A stretch of 64,000 nucleotides of DNA. Origin: Corallochytrium limacisporum Hawaii (Eukaryota > Protista > Pluriformea). The notes beneath the pieces are model-generated. The model did no database searches. It saw only the letters and a list, made by a program, of their open reading frames with translations, and had not been told where the DNA came from. Location: the NCBI GenBank assembly GCA_002811645.1, contig PDIP01000004.1, forward strand, positions 1 to 64,000, read 5' to 3'. A program made the translations under genes and the position numbers. Shown here one piece after another: positions 43,601 to 53,277 of the stretch; position 1 is the first letter of the stretch; the number at the start of each line of letters is the position of its first letter.

Positions 43601-45111
43601 CTGATTTGATTGAGTGTTTCCTACTGTCGCGCAAGTCCGTCGGTGTCGACATCAATCCTTTGGCTGTCGGTCTGAGCCATAGAAATTTGGCCTTTGCCGT
43701 CCCGGTGAAGCTGCAAAGACATGTCAGTAGTCGATATAGGCCTTTGGTTATTCAAGACGATGCTGCAGCCCTCAGGGCATCAATCTTCAAGCCCGACATG
43801 TTTGATCTCGTTCTGAGCCACCCACCTTACTCTAACTGCATTGTGTACTCGACACAAATTGCTGAGGATCTCAGTAATCAGGGTGACCACGAGAGCTTCT
43901 TCGAGGCTTATCTTCAGGTGGCAAGAAGCACTCACCGCGTCGTCAAACCAGACGGTCATGTTTTGCTTGGGATTGGAGACAATAGGATGGTCACGAGGAT
44001 CGTACCTGTTGGATTCAAAACCATAATGTGCTATCTCCGAGAAGGCTTTGTGATCGAAGAACTTATCGTGAAGCGCCAAAAGTATTGCTCGGGGACAATG
44101 GATATCGGCGCACTTCTCGCAGCTATGCATGGCTTCTTGATCCTAACGCATGAATATCTTGCGGTTTTCCGTAGGCGCAAAAGCACAGATGTCATGATAC
44201 CCTCTTTGCCACTGTGGACGGAAGTGGACGCAGGGCGAAAGCAGAATATTTCATGTTTTCGCATCCCACGCCTGTACGGTCCATCAAATACCGCGGTAAT
44301 GGGAACTACGTGGTTACTTTGCAGCTGCCGGGACATGGAGCTTCAGGCCGTTACAAAGCTCGTGCTGCGTTACGCTTTTGAAGGAGATATTTGCGGGATC
44401 CTTGGGAGCGCTGGCCGGCCAGATTGGGTTGAAACAACAAAGAAACGGTCAAAGAAGTGTTTCTGTGAGCTCGAATCGCGCAAACAAAGAAAGGACTTGC
44501 AAGAATTGCAGCATGCTGAGGAGAGTGAATATGAACGTCAACGTTTGGAGAACATAAAGAGTAATGAAGAAGCCCTGGCTAGGATGGGATTGAAGCAACC
44601 CTCTACAGATGTATTGCAGGCATCAGTGGATCGCGTTGTTTCGGCACGGTTGAAAACCAGGTTTACCGTCTGCTCGGAAGCTGTGATCGATATTATGATC
44701 ATCTTCTCCACATTGGCACAGAGCAAAACGAACGAAGGGCTCAGTTGGCATGACTGCCATATGATAACTGCGGACACAGTAGCACGGACAAAGAGTGCTC
44801 TGCACAGTCTCAGACCTGGTTGCAGTCGACTGGCTGTTGCATGTTCAGACTTTCGAACCAGTCAAGGAATCGTCTACCCTGGCGCAATGTATCTGGAAAA
44901 ACACTTGCATGAGCCAGTAAGGAACGCACAGCTCGGTCTCAAGGAGATCATCATCATGACTCGTCATGATGCAGCCTGCAATGGCTGGTCAAAGAAACGA
45001 CATCCATTCAAGAGGAGTCGACCATTTCGCTGGACCATGGAACCACAGATGTCCAACGCGGAACATCTCCCGATCGTTCACTGGTACTTTCTTCTCTATG
45101 AACCCTTGTAA
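40684..45111 (+). CDS. multidomain amino-DNA methyltransferase (N6A/N4C): ZZ, extended PHD, ZZ, GATA-like Zn finger, MTase (HPPY), KRI-like helix, degenerate second MTase
   Basis: Cys/His fingers (FCGDC..CLKCF..H.H; C..C..H..C..CSVC...GATLGC....C....H.PC..WC..C; FKCDGC..WTC..C..FDLC..CF); RWATH..GDY.G.W.PQIPR..ILRY...GD.VL.NFAGRGT, GVDINP, DL.LSHPPY, RV.KP.G....IGD.R. Confidence 0.85.
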   Translation: MSCQGNTSDVDAVPCTIDTGSDSARSSIGSMEKTCQFNHKTGSGSHAACNSPPRTVPRDTFNQRKRHAGDPPSDERQKKPCPHSESAGPPIGRQSGSLHSVWTLRRGARRMSVGQRRSVSESAKPQVSPKAAARMHGKSTLRIRTEASQDTLSHIQASPPPASRPTTPPKLQLRLPARPRIRADPSLRKPLKQQVLEQDPEAAATPRQSTALTEIVNQEEPNHESDTDAAFEQRFATDVVDQDVLDHFTQSKAKKEQNSVQSQEQAKELLTEESAIYLGRTRRAAAALNSIEREAVEPKGTDKQPNLSTRTTLYVPRDLGWESAVQALGKEFAATLMGRRKGWIDRYDAIHKNENGKYRVDKTMKQWIKDKEEREIKAKEKQLEKMIDHVDDGKESVTIEDSGHENDELSHEQLETVFDIVKPLLEPEGFNGDVVLMVSEEDYSMHLATGEDLEPVLVTETLVVLACVAWRDLDSYTRCMNPYCAVPLTIEEYFCGDCNDRDQIGVHLCLKCFQHLLTGINETLNHRHPREHFRRRRIPPTWLEFTGSLFKERSLLFAWDRKSGKRCLRRLGYLNPGHLSSNRIGGVLVRDKFMLQNHRDTSMTLSSAPQCVFCGRDDFDEAVLGEIGKLSKELVYISDCEGSRHAPKRGSGYYPCHLTCVKFADLVHYNPQSNTWYNIDTLYHLSKQNKCSVCQHPGATLGCMTSRCRDVVHVPCADINVKLLEEGILYWCKRCRRESYNQQTETFKCDGCSVPIKLARWTCKQCETKSYPWKSFDLCRACFWGNRGSHHHDRCEFKSVRVYSEGYQRKLAAPRPRFGTNSTPKCIYCLAEISDGVRCGRTGVGGGPICISCALVCFEHSELGCPNGAKISAEEYDYNSYLTRYSLSTMTNNDTRRNHLPKVLPSYGPHPKDYYSIHLQHSYMDIPGRIRRWATHDYGDYLGTWIPQIPRWAILRYTAEGDRVLSNFAGRGTDLIECFLLSRKSVGVDINPLAVGLSHRNLAFAVPVKLQRHVSSRYRPLVIQDDAAALRASIFKPDMFDLVLSHPPYSNCIVYSTQIAEDLSNQGDHESFFEAYLQVARSTHRVVKPDGHVLLGIGDNRMVTRIVPVGFKTIMCYLREGFVIEELIVKRQKYCSGTMDIGALLAAMHGFLILTHEYLAVFRRRKSTDVMIPSLPLWTEVDAGRKQNISCFRIPRLYGPSNTAVMGTTWLLCSCRDMELQAVTKLVLRYAFEGDICGILGSAGRPDWVETTKKRSKKCFCELESRKQRKDLQELQHAEESEYERQRLENIKSNEEALARMGLKQPSTDVLQASVDRVVSARLKTRFTVCSEAVIDIMIIFSTLAQSKTNEGLSWHDCHMITADTVARTKSALHSLRPGCSRLAVACSDFRTSQGIVYPGAMYLEKHLHEPVRNAQLGLKEIIIMTRHDAACNGWSKKRHPFKRSRPFRWTMEPQMSNAEHLPIVHWYFLLYEPL

Positions 45112-45122
45112 GAGAACCATTC

Positions 45123-46085
45123 TCATTGTAATGAAGCTGCAGTATGCTGCACCGCAAGCCTGGCAATTATCTCCGCCTGTGGCTTGTCCAGGATTCTTTC
45201 TATGATCAGATCCCAGGGCAGGTTTACGTATACTAGAAAAGCGTTCAATTCCACGACCTCCTTCTTAATACTAGATGTTACTGTGAGTAATGAGCCCAGC
45301 CAACTGGTGCTGGACTTGGCCTTGGGGTCCGTCGCGGTATCACCCGCGGCTACACAGGCACTTCCACGGCCATGGGGCCCATTTAAACGGAGGAAGCAGA
45401 GATCATCAGCAGAGTACAGAGACAGTGTAGGCAGAAATCCCGCTCCTCCCGTTTTCCGAGCAAAGGCTTCTCGTAATTGCAAGAACGTCAACGAGCCATT
45501 GAAGATGCTCACTTTACGCTGGTGCAATGCGTCGTGCGCAACCAATTCAATGGCCAAGTGCTCTTCGCCACGGACCGATACGGATTCGAAGGCTTCATCA
45601 AAGTTATCAACTCGGAAGTAAATGTCAGGATAAGCCATAACATTATGCGTCCCCTTCTTGTCCATCCGCGTGTATGTATGGTGCGGATGAGTCTCTACTC
45701 GCTTGATTTGCAGAGGATCCAACTTACCTTTCCGTTTTCCGCAGACTGCGACCACCAATTCAAATTCGTAGCAGTGCATTAACAGGTTCAAGTAGAATGA
45801 CTTTCTCCATTCTAGTCTACCGTCATCCTTCTGTGGTAAGTTCTGAGCTGTGATACGTCGAACGTGCACAGCTGGTCTATTCGTTTCCGGGTTCACTTCA
45901 TGCACCGCATCGACAAAGAAAAGCATGTCGTCCTCATTCTTCTTTGCCTCTTCACTGTCGACGAATTGATCGAACACAATATTGGCATAGTCTATCGGTT
46001 CCAATTTCAACCCCGCTATTTCCTGGCTCTCTCTCCTTCGTTCTTCGTGAATCTTGTCCAGAATATCTTCTCTCAAAGGCAACAT
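45123..46085 (-). CDS. KIAA0930: KIAA0930 (C22orf9/DUF2045)-like protein
   Basis: ML.....I.EER, DDMLFFV, W..SFYLNL, RMD.KG....YP.I.F.VDNF.E.F, FL...GP.G.G.A..A, YV.LPW..I; ATG at 46085. Confidence 0.8.
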   Translation of the reverse strand: MLPLREDILDKIHEERRRESQEIAGLKLEPIDYANIVFDQFVDSEEAKKNEDDMLFFVDAVHEVNPETNRPAVHVRRITAQNLPQKDDGRLEWRKSFYLNLLMHCYEFELVVAVCGKRKGKLDPLQIKRVETHPHHTYTRMDKKGTHNVMAYPDIYFRVDNFDEAFESVSVRGEEHLAIELVAHDALHQRKVSIFNGSLTFLQLREAFARKTGGAGFLPTLSLYSADDLCFLRLNGPHGRGSACVAAGDTATDPKAKSSTSWLGSLLTVTSSIKKEVVELNAFLVYVNLPWDLIIERILDKPQAEIIARLAVQHTAASLQ

Positions 46086-46758
46086 GATTAGTTGTGTTTC
46101 TATCGTCTTCAGGAGGAGCCAGTTCGTGTAGTCTCCCACCGATCTTTCTTACATGGTGGCGATTTGTGTCTCCGTCGGCTCTGGCTGTTTCTATCTCCAG
46201 ACTCATTCGTTTCTTGCTTCCTTCATTGTCACCATGGCTCTAGACTTAGGCGATAGCGAACAATTTAGGTAGCTTACTCTGCTATTTAAGGCTGTAAGCC
46301 CTTTGCGCTCGTACCCGAAACCCGACCCTTCGGCCTTGTCTAAGAGCAACTCCGGGGCAACGGCGCTATAAAACACCGATTGGTTTCCCTCTGATTCCTC
46401 CGTACTCCGCTCAAAGCTCATCCGGTTAACCTCGCCATATAATCGCCCGCCCCGCCCCCCAGGAGAAGGGGGCCGTTCTCCGTGCTTTGACTTTTGGCTT
46501 TTGGCTTTGGGCTTTTGGCTCACACCGTCACTGAGAGCGTGCATAGAAGGGGAAAGTACTGGACACGGTCGACCAATCATTTACGTATGCGTACATTCTG
46601 CTACGTGTCACACCACCTCTGAAAAGACTTCTAAATTCTGCATTACGGACTTTGATGAACAGGGATGGTACTTCAAATTCAGAAAATGGCAAGCAAAGCC
46701 GTAAGTTAATTGGATGGTATAGCTAAATCGATGTGCGGATGGTAGAATATTGGCCACC

Positions 46759-47376
46759 ATGCAGGACGACCAATTTTATCAGCTGCTGGAGCGCTTCCGG
46801 AAGGTCAGAGACAAAGATTGGCAAGATCTTTCACACATTAGAGCAAAGGCTCCAGTTCAAGAGGCACCGCCTGCACTAACAGAACCAAAGGCTCGCAGTA
46901 CAACGAAGCCAGCCTCGTCACGGCGTCGTGGGGATCCACTGAACTTGATAGTAAAGCAAATTGGAGGAAAGAAAGCGGAAATTCACACACTCTCGAATGT
47001 GCCTGTCAGTGAACTCATGGAATTAATTGAACAGAATCTGAACGTTCCTGTGGCATATCAGAGGGTCTTGCACAAGGGCAAGGTTCTCAAAACTGATGGC
47101 TCCTTGGAAGAGTACGGTATCCAAGAAGGTGCAACGTTGATGGTGCAAGTTAGAAAGGATGCTGAACAGGTATCAGCTGGGGCGAGTGCGTCAGCAGAAA
47201 GGAAAGATGTGTTCTGGGATCACCTTAGGGATTCAAGCGCTATCGATGGTGCAAAGTTTAATGAACAGCAGATCAAGACTCTTCGGGAGACACTGCAGAG
47301 ACGCATTGCACAGATGAGCCTCGAAGAATTGAATCAGTTGTGCGAATATCTCAACATGCAAGGAGCTTCATCATGA
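46759..47376 (+). CDS. UBL4A: ubiquitin-like domain protein, UBL4A/Get5-like
   Basis: UBL (LIVKQIGG..VSEL..I...NVP..YQR...KGK.L....L..YGI) plus C-terminal TUGS-like helix FW..L...LQRRIAQMSLEELNQL. Confidence 0.65.
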   Translation: MQDDQFYQLLERFRKVRDKDWQDLSHIRAKAPVQEAPPALTEPKARSTTKPASSRRRGDPLNLIVKQIGGKKAEIHTLSNVPVSELMELIEQNLNVPVAYQRVLHKGKVLKTDGSLEEYGIQEGATLMVQVRKDAEQVSAGASASAERKDVFWDHLRDSSAIDGAKFNEQQIKTLRETLQRRIAQMSLEELNQLCEYLNMQGASS

Positions 47377-47449
47377 TGTACACGCTATTACATGTGACTA
47401 GACCCATAGTGACTTTCGTTCACTTATATAGGGGTGTTTATATATAGTC

Positions 47450-48538
47450 TCACCGCCTCAGCGACTTTTGCAAAAGAACCACAGCGAATGCTGCAGCAAT
47501 AGGCGCTACGAAAACTGCAATCATGAATCGGTGATTTTGTTGCTCGAGCTCGCTTACCTTCTTCTCAAGACTCCCGATGCGAGCTTCCATTGCTTTCACG
47601 CTCTGATCATGTTTTGTCAGAGCCTTGGTGACCTCATAAGCCACAACATCTTCTACATCATCCTCAGCGTACTCAGGTGCTTCCTCAAACTCTGCTGCGT
47701 TGACTGGCGATTGTGCACGGCCAAGTTCAGACGCCGTTGTTAAGTGGGACTTCCCAATCCTTTCTAGCGCTGGCAGAAGATCAGCCTTGTTCTTTTCTGG
47801 GACCTTCTCCATCATTTGAAGGAAACCCTCAACATAGCGCAGCTTGGCCTCCTCTGCAGGAATGTCGCCCAAAGCGTTCCACGCCTCCCATTTCGCCCGA
47901 GCAATCACATTGAAGATACCGGGCTGAGGAACGTTACAGGGGCCATTGGTAGCCTGCTTGTACAGTGAGTAGAAGTTGAGCTTGTCAGTATTCGACGGTT
48001 GGACAGGTCCATTGGATGGCAAGCCTTGAACAGTTTCCACAGCGAGTGTGAACCGCTCTTCCAAGGTAATGGTTACCATTGTAGTGGTCGCAGAGGTTTG
48101 TTTCTTCCCCTGCGACGGTGCCTTCTTTTGAGCAGCTTCCTTTTGCAAATGGTAAGGTGCCTTAGGGGGATCAACTTTGGCCATGACCTTATCCAATCTT
48201 TCGCGGTGCTCTTGGGGGACCAGGCGTGACATTGCAATGAACGTCTCGATATATTGTTGCATGGCCTCTACCTTGGACATATCACCTAGTCCGTTCCATG
48301 CCTCCCACTTGGCCTTGGCAATCACGTCCCAGAAGTTTGGCTTCGGTGCGTTACAGGGACCGACGGTGGCTTGCTTGTAAAGTGAATAAAAATTCAATTT
48401 ATCTGCATTAGTCGGCTGGATAGGACCGTCTTGTGGCAGGTCCTGAATGGCCTGCACAGCAGCATAAAACCGATCACTGAGTGTATCAGACATGCCCTTA
48501 GACTCCGCCAGAATGTAGGATTCGTTTACATCCGCCAT
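47450..48538 (-). CDS. tail-anchored protein with two acyl-CoA-binding domains (ACBD4/5-like)
   Basis: two repeats of RF..AV...Q.LP..GP.QP.N.DKL.FYSLYKQAT.GPCN...P......AKWEAW; FFAT-like EFEEAPE; coiled coil; C-terminal TM followed by KSLRR. Confidence 0.85.
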   Translation of the reverse strand: MADVNESYILAESKGMSDTLSDRFYAAVQAIQDLPQDGPIQPTNADKLNFYSLYKQATVGPCNAPKPNFWDVIAKAKWEAWNGLGDMSKVEAMQQYIETFIAMSRLVPQEHRERLDKVMAKVDPPKAPYHLQKEAAQKKAPSQGKKQTSATTTMVTITLEERFTLAVETVQGLPSNGPVQPSNTDKLNFYSLYKQATNGPCNVPQPGIFNVIARAKWEAWNALGDIPAEEAKLRYVEGFLQMMEKVPEKNKADLLPALERIGKSHLTTASELGRAQSPVNAAEFEEAPEYAEDDVEDVVAYEVTKALTKHDQSVKAMEARIGSLEKKVSELEQQNHRFMIAVFVAPIAAAFAVVLLQKSLRR

Positions 48539-49439
48539 ACGCGCTTTTGGTTGGTACCCTAAATTTCCTGGTGCACTGGATAGTTGAATTTATTTTATAA
48601 TGCTTCTGTATCCTGCAATACTATAGACCATCTTATACCAAGATTTCGTTTCATGAGCTTCCAACAATACCCAAGTATACATATGTGGGGGTGCCAATGC
48701 GGCATGCACGCACATTCCCAAAAGGGCCTCATCCGCCCCATCAGTTCAGCGGGGAGTTGCAAGTTTTATTTTTAGAACACGATATTTACTATGACAAAAG
48801 CACGAGTTCCGGCGGAGCAAGGAAGAAAACTGTGGAACTCACAGATCAGGAAGATCTCTGGGAGGGGGGACCCCACTTTTATTTTCCCATCTCTCAGGAG
48901 GCATAGTTGGTATCGATGGTTCCTTGCTACCCGTCGGGCTGCTGTAGTGAATGAACCGAAATGTGAAACTGGTTCCCTCGCTGCTTGTTTGTGGGTGGAG
49001 CGGGTCTCGGCAATGCCCTCCTCTCGGCTTCCCCTCGAATGCCAGTGACTCTTATGTTCAGTATATTCACTATGGGTTGCTGCGGAGGCAACGTACATTG
49101 GGTACTGAGAGAGCTTGTCACCAGCCCTCCAGAAATCAATATTTTACGGGGGAGACGGACTCTTGCGCGGGGTACACAGTTGTAACGATGGGACTCTTGG
49201 CTGTTGGGACGGCCCGCCTTCCGTGACATCAGCCCATCGCCATTGGCCTCAACAGGCTAAGGGATCATGGGTATGGGAGGGTCTGCGGCTCTGAACTTCA
49301 ACCACGTTGTGGTTAACGATTCGGACTTACAAATTCCGCGTTGTCAATAAGAATACGTGGGTATTTCAATGGACATTGCGGTGCTGATCTTAAATAGATT
49401 ACACTTGGCTACAGGCCAGCATCTGTGCTTGTTAAGATC

Positions 49440-51377
49440 ATGCGGAAATTGACAGGGTGGCCGGTGGCAGCAAAATCGTGGAGGCGGAGCCTCAGGTCGT
49501 GGTTGGTTGGGCGAGGATGGGTGAAGAAGAAGGTGGTGACACTCAACATCACTGGTCAAGTCCCTGACCGTGGCCCGCAAGGGCTGTCCGCTTACATTAT
49601 GGCCCGACAAGGACCGGTTCCCATTGACTTTGGAACCATCACCAGCGTGCTTCGTAAAGCTGCGGTCGACCCTGCCGTGGCTGGTGTGCTCATCCGAGTC
49701 AAGAACCTTCAGTGCGGCTTTGGTAAGCTTGATGAGCTTCACAAACTATTCGAGGAATTCAAGAAGCCTGAGAACCACCCTCAGTACAGTGTCCGCAAAC
49801 CTGTTATTGCCCACCTGGATGACTTTGCCTGCGACAAGGACATTGCTCTGGCCTCGGTCGCAGATCGTGTTTACATGGGACCTGCTACTTTTAGTTTGCT
49901 GACAGGACCCGGAGGATCACATCACTACCTCAAGGATTTGTTTGCAAGTATTGGACTGTCTTTCCAAGTCATTCGCCGTCGGGAGCACAAGAATGCTTTC
50001 GAATTTCTTGACCATTCTGAGCCATCAGAGGGGCAGAGGAAGGTTATCAATACTGTTCTGAACCGATTTCTGACAAGTACGGCTACCAAGGTACGAAATC
50101 GAAAGATCAGCGACAGCAAAGATGGCTTAGCACTTTTGGAGAGCTCGAAGATTGGTCCTCAGGCTCTCCTTGATGCTGGGATCATTGATGGAATCTGTGC
50201 CTACAGTGATTTGCTGCGGGAAATTGATGCGTTGAACAAGCAGTCGATTGCGGATCCTAACTGGGAAGAGAAGTTGGGGGAAAAGGCACTGGAGACCCAC
50301 AAGAAGGTGCACGAAACTGAACTCAAAGTGAAAGTGGATGAGCCCGAAGACCCCGGGTTCTTCGGCCGCCTATTCGGACGGGATGGCAAAAGTAGAAAGC
50401 AGAAACGTCCCAAGCCTCAAATAGAGATTGCGACTGCACAGTCCTACAACTATTGGGCAACTCCTCGCGGTCTGGGGATGATTGGCCATCCAAGGAAGGT
50501 GCCGAAAATTGCGATCGTAAACATTGAGGGCGCCATTACTAGCGGAACCAGTCAGCGGGGGGCTACAAAGTCTACCGGGGGCGAAACCGTTATTCCCTTC
50601 TTGCGGTCCCTGGCTATGGGTAGGGTACCTTGCGATGGCTTGCTGTTGCGTGTAAATAGCCCTGGTGGTCAACCAGGACCGTCAGACTCCATCTGGATAG
50701 AATGCAGAAACCTTCAGGCTCGTGGCATCCCAGTCGTCGCCAGCATGGGAGATGTTGCAGCATCAGGGGGATACTATGTGTCCATGGGTGCCCAGGAGAT
50801 TTTTGCTCAAGAATCCACAGTAACCGGTAGTATTGGCGTCATCATGGTGCAGGCGAATGCGAAGGAATTGGCTGTCCGTTCCGGTATCAAGTATTACCCG
50901 TTCACAACTACACCTGGTTCAGCACTATGGGCCCGGAGTGCCTTTAGCGGCCCCGACCCCAAGTCCGACGACCTCCTAAACCTCCTTGCTGATGACTCTT
51001 ATGATCGGTTCAAGACGCTGGTGTCCATTTCGCGAGGTTTGGACATGGACCGCGTCGAGGAATTAGCACAGGGTAAGTTGTACTCTGGCCAGCAAGCCAT
51101 TGAGTTAGGACTAGTGGACCGCATTGGAGGTCAGATGGAAGCGCTCACTCGCCTCCGTGAACTCATTGTCGATAGAGACAATAGATTTGCGAAGGCCGTG
51201 GAGGCTGGTGACCAGTCTTTCCTCGCCGTTCTGCCTCCTCGACGGGGGCCCTTTAATCTTGCAACGGAGGTCTGGGGTGATGTAAACATATTCTCCCCGA
51301 ACCACTTAGCCTGGCAACTGACCAACCAACCTCTAGTTCTGTGTCCAGAGAACATGGAAAGCGTGTTGAACGTGTAA
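49440..51377 (+). CDS. sppA: signal peptide peptidase A (protease IV, S49, 67K type)
   Basis: L.KAA.DP.V.G, F...KPVIA, catalytic Lys in EHKNAFE, IA.V.IEG.I, LRVNSPGG, PVVASMGDVAASGGYY, TGSIGV, AQG..YSG..A..LGLVD; start uncertain. Confidence 0.85.
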   Translation: MRKLTGWPVAAKSWRRSLRSWLVGRGWVKKKVVTLNITGQVPDRGPQGLSAYIMARQGPVPIDFGTITSVLRKAAVDPAVAGVLIRVKNLQCGFGKLDELHKLFEEFKKPENHPQYSVRKPVIAHLDDFACDKDIALASVADRVYMGPATFSLLTGPGGSHHYLKDLFASIGLSFQVIRRREHKNAFEFLDHSEPSEGQRKVINTVLNRFLTSTATKVRNRKISDSKDGLALLESSKIGPQALLDAGIIDGICAYSDLLREIDALNKQSIADPNWEEKLGEKALETHKKVHETELKVKVDEPEDPGFFGRLFGRDGKSRKQKRPKPQIEIATAQSYNYWATPRGLGMIGHPRKVPKIAIVNIEGAITSGTSQRGATKSTGGETVIPFLRSLAMGRVPCDGLLLRVNSPGGQPGPSDSIWIECRNLQARGIPVVASMGDVAASGGYYVSMGAQEIFAQESTVTGSIGVIMVQANAKELAVRSGIKYYPFTTTPGSALWARSAFSGPDPKSDDLLNLLADDSYDRFKTLVSISRGLDMDRVEELAQGKLYSGQQAIELGLVDRIGGQMEALTRLRELIVDRDNRFAKAVEAGDQSFLAVLPPRRGPFNLATEVWGDVNIFSPNHLAWQLTNQPLVLCPENMESVLNV

Positions 51378-52419
51378 CAACAGTCAGCTTCCACTGCACG
51401 GTTAACCCCCAGTAAAATAGACTCCCGTATCAAAGATAGGATGATCCTCGTACTCCAAATCAATCCCCCCTGGTCTCCCCCACCCTTCCCTCCGTGGCTT
51501 TGTGGCCAACCAAGAAAACTTGTGAGCATAAATACTTCCTCCCATCACCAGCACGGTCTGTGGGCCCGTCGACTGACCGAGCTTTTGGCGCGCGCCCCGC
51601 CTTCGGTCCCTACATCGAGTACTAAGCACCGAACTGTTTTGGCTATTTGGCGCACTTAGCAATTCTGCGAGAGCACAAGGTGAGAGATATCCTTCAGAAA
51701 GGCTAGAATTTTCTCCCCACCCCACCCGGCTCAGGTGCCGTCGTCCGTCTTTGACATCCCATAGCCAGTGGCTGATTTGCCGTTCAACCGGCCCACGAGC
51801 ACACTTGGAGGGAAACCGGGAACTCGAAACTCCTTTGCCTTCTGCGGCTGTTGGCCCGAGACGGCCCCGCTGTGCCTCGCTTTGTTGTGTTCCCCTACGG
51901 GAAGGTGCGGGGAGGGGCAAACACACTGCCGCAGAGTCATCAGGACCTGGGCAGGTGCGGAGGGCACTGCGTTGCAAAAAGCCCTTCTGATCGCCCCCGG
52001 CAGTGTGGCCCTCTCGATTGCTCGAGTGGTGGGGGGTGGGGTTATGGGTGAGCAAGCACACTGTTGCGCTCTGTTTTTGGGTGCGTGGGCTGTTTGGTCG
52101 GTAAGGACTTGCAATGGTCGTCGGAGGAAGCAGAGGAGCGCACTCTATCCTACGGACACAGCAAATTGACACACCTTGGCTTCTGAACATTTGACGTTGT
52201 CTAAAGCATAGACAATTTCGCTACACAATTCAGGATTCAAGCGTCGTGGCCTGGGTATTTGAAATCAAGCACCTTGAATACATAATAGAGCCAATAATCC
52301 AGTCACTTTGACGTTCAGCCCCTTATGCAGATTTGTTCGGGACAGATAAAGATAAATTTATTTGATGGCAATGGACAGAAATCGAAAGCTACATTTCAAC
52401 AAGAGCTTAAAGCCATGAA

Positions 52420-53196
52420 ATGACAGAACGGGAAGAAGAGAAACGCAATCCATCTAGTCCGTCCAGTAGCTCAAGCTTTGGAGAAGTCATGTCTTCAGAA
52501 GAGGAAGTCACTTGGATTTCCTGGTACTGTAGCCTTCGGGGCAATGAATTTTTTTGTGAAGTCGATGAGGATTACATTCGTGATAAATTCAATCTCACTG
52601 GGCTACACGAACTGGTACCATGGTATCGTCAGGCTCTGGACATGATTCTCGACCTCGAACCCGATGAGGATCTGACAGCAGACCAATTAGAGCTCATCCA
52701 ACAGTCTTCAGAAATGCTTTACGGTCTTATCCATGCACGTTATATTCTTACAAATCGTGGAATTATGCAAATGATAGAAAAATATCAGCACGGATTATTT
52801 GGCTACTGTGCACGGGTTCTTTGTGAGGAACAGCCAGCTCTGCCCGTTGGCCTGTCAGACATTCCTGGGCAGTCTACGGTAAAATTGTTCTGCCCGAAAT
52901 GTGAGGAGGTGTACCACCCAAAGTACTCTCGACATGCACGTATTGACGGTGCATTTTTTGGAACCACGTTCCCGCACATGTTGTTCGCAGTCACCCCAGA
53001 ATTGCGTCCGACCCGCAGCCAGGAGAAATATGTACCACGTATCTATGGATTCAAGGTCCACGAAAGCGCGTACAGATTGATGAGCAACCAGGTGGTTGCG
53101 GCATCAAATGCAGCTCGAGCATCGGGGTCACAGACCAGGATACAGGGACCGAACGGCAATGAGCAAGACAAAGACAAGGGGCCAAGCAAGACCTAA
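52420..53196 (+). CDS. CSNK2B: casein kinase II regulatory subunit beta
   Basis: [65 protein letters not shown]; the start could be the second Met. Confidence 0.97.
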   Translation: MTEREEEKRNPSSPSSSSSFGEVMSSEEEVTWISWYCSLRGNEFFCEVDEDYIRDKFNLTGLHELVPWYRQALDMILDLEPDEDLTADQLELIQQSSEMLYGLIHARYILTNRGIMQMIEKYQHGLFGYCARVLCEEQPALPVGLSDIPGQSTVKLFCPKCEEVYHPKYSRHARIDGAFFGTTFPHMLFAVTPELRPTRSQEKYVPRIYGFKVHESAYRLMSNQVVAASNAARASGSQTRIQGPNGNEQDKDKGPSKT

Positions 53197-53277
53197 GTGT
53201 ATTGTCTACAGGTATCACAACATATCTTGAACTAGTGACAAATGTCTTCTTTAAATCAGTGTACAGCAATGAGACTG

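Noticed and set aside
51402-52190. 262-aa minus-strand ORF and overlapping ORFs
   Set aside because: GC-rich promoter and 5' UTR of CSNK2B; no recognisable domain
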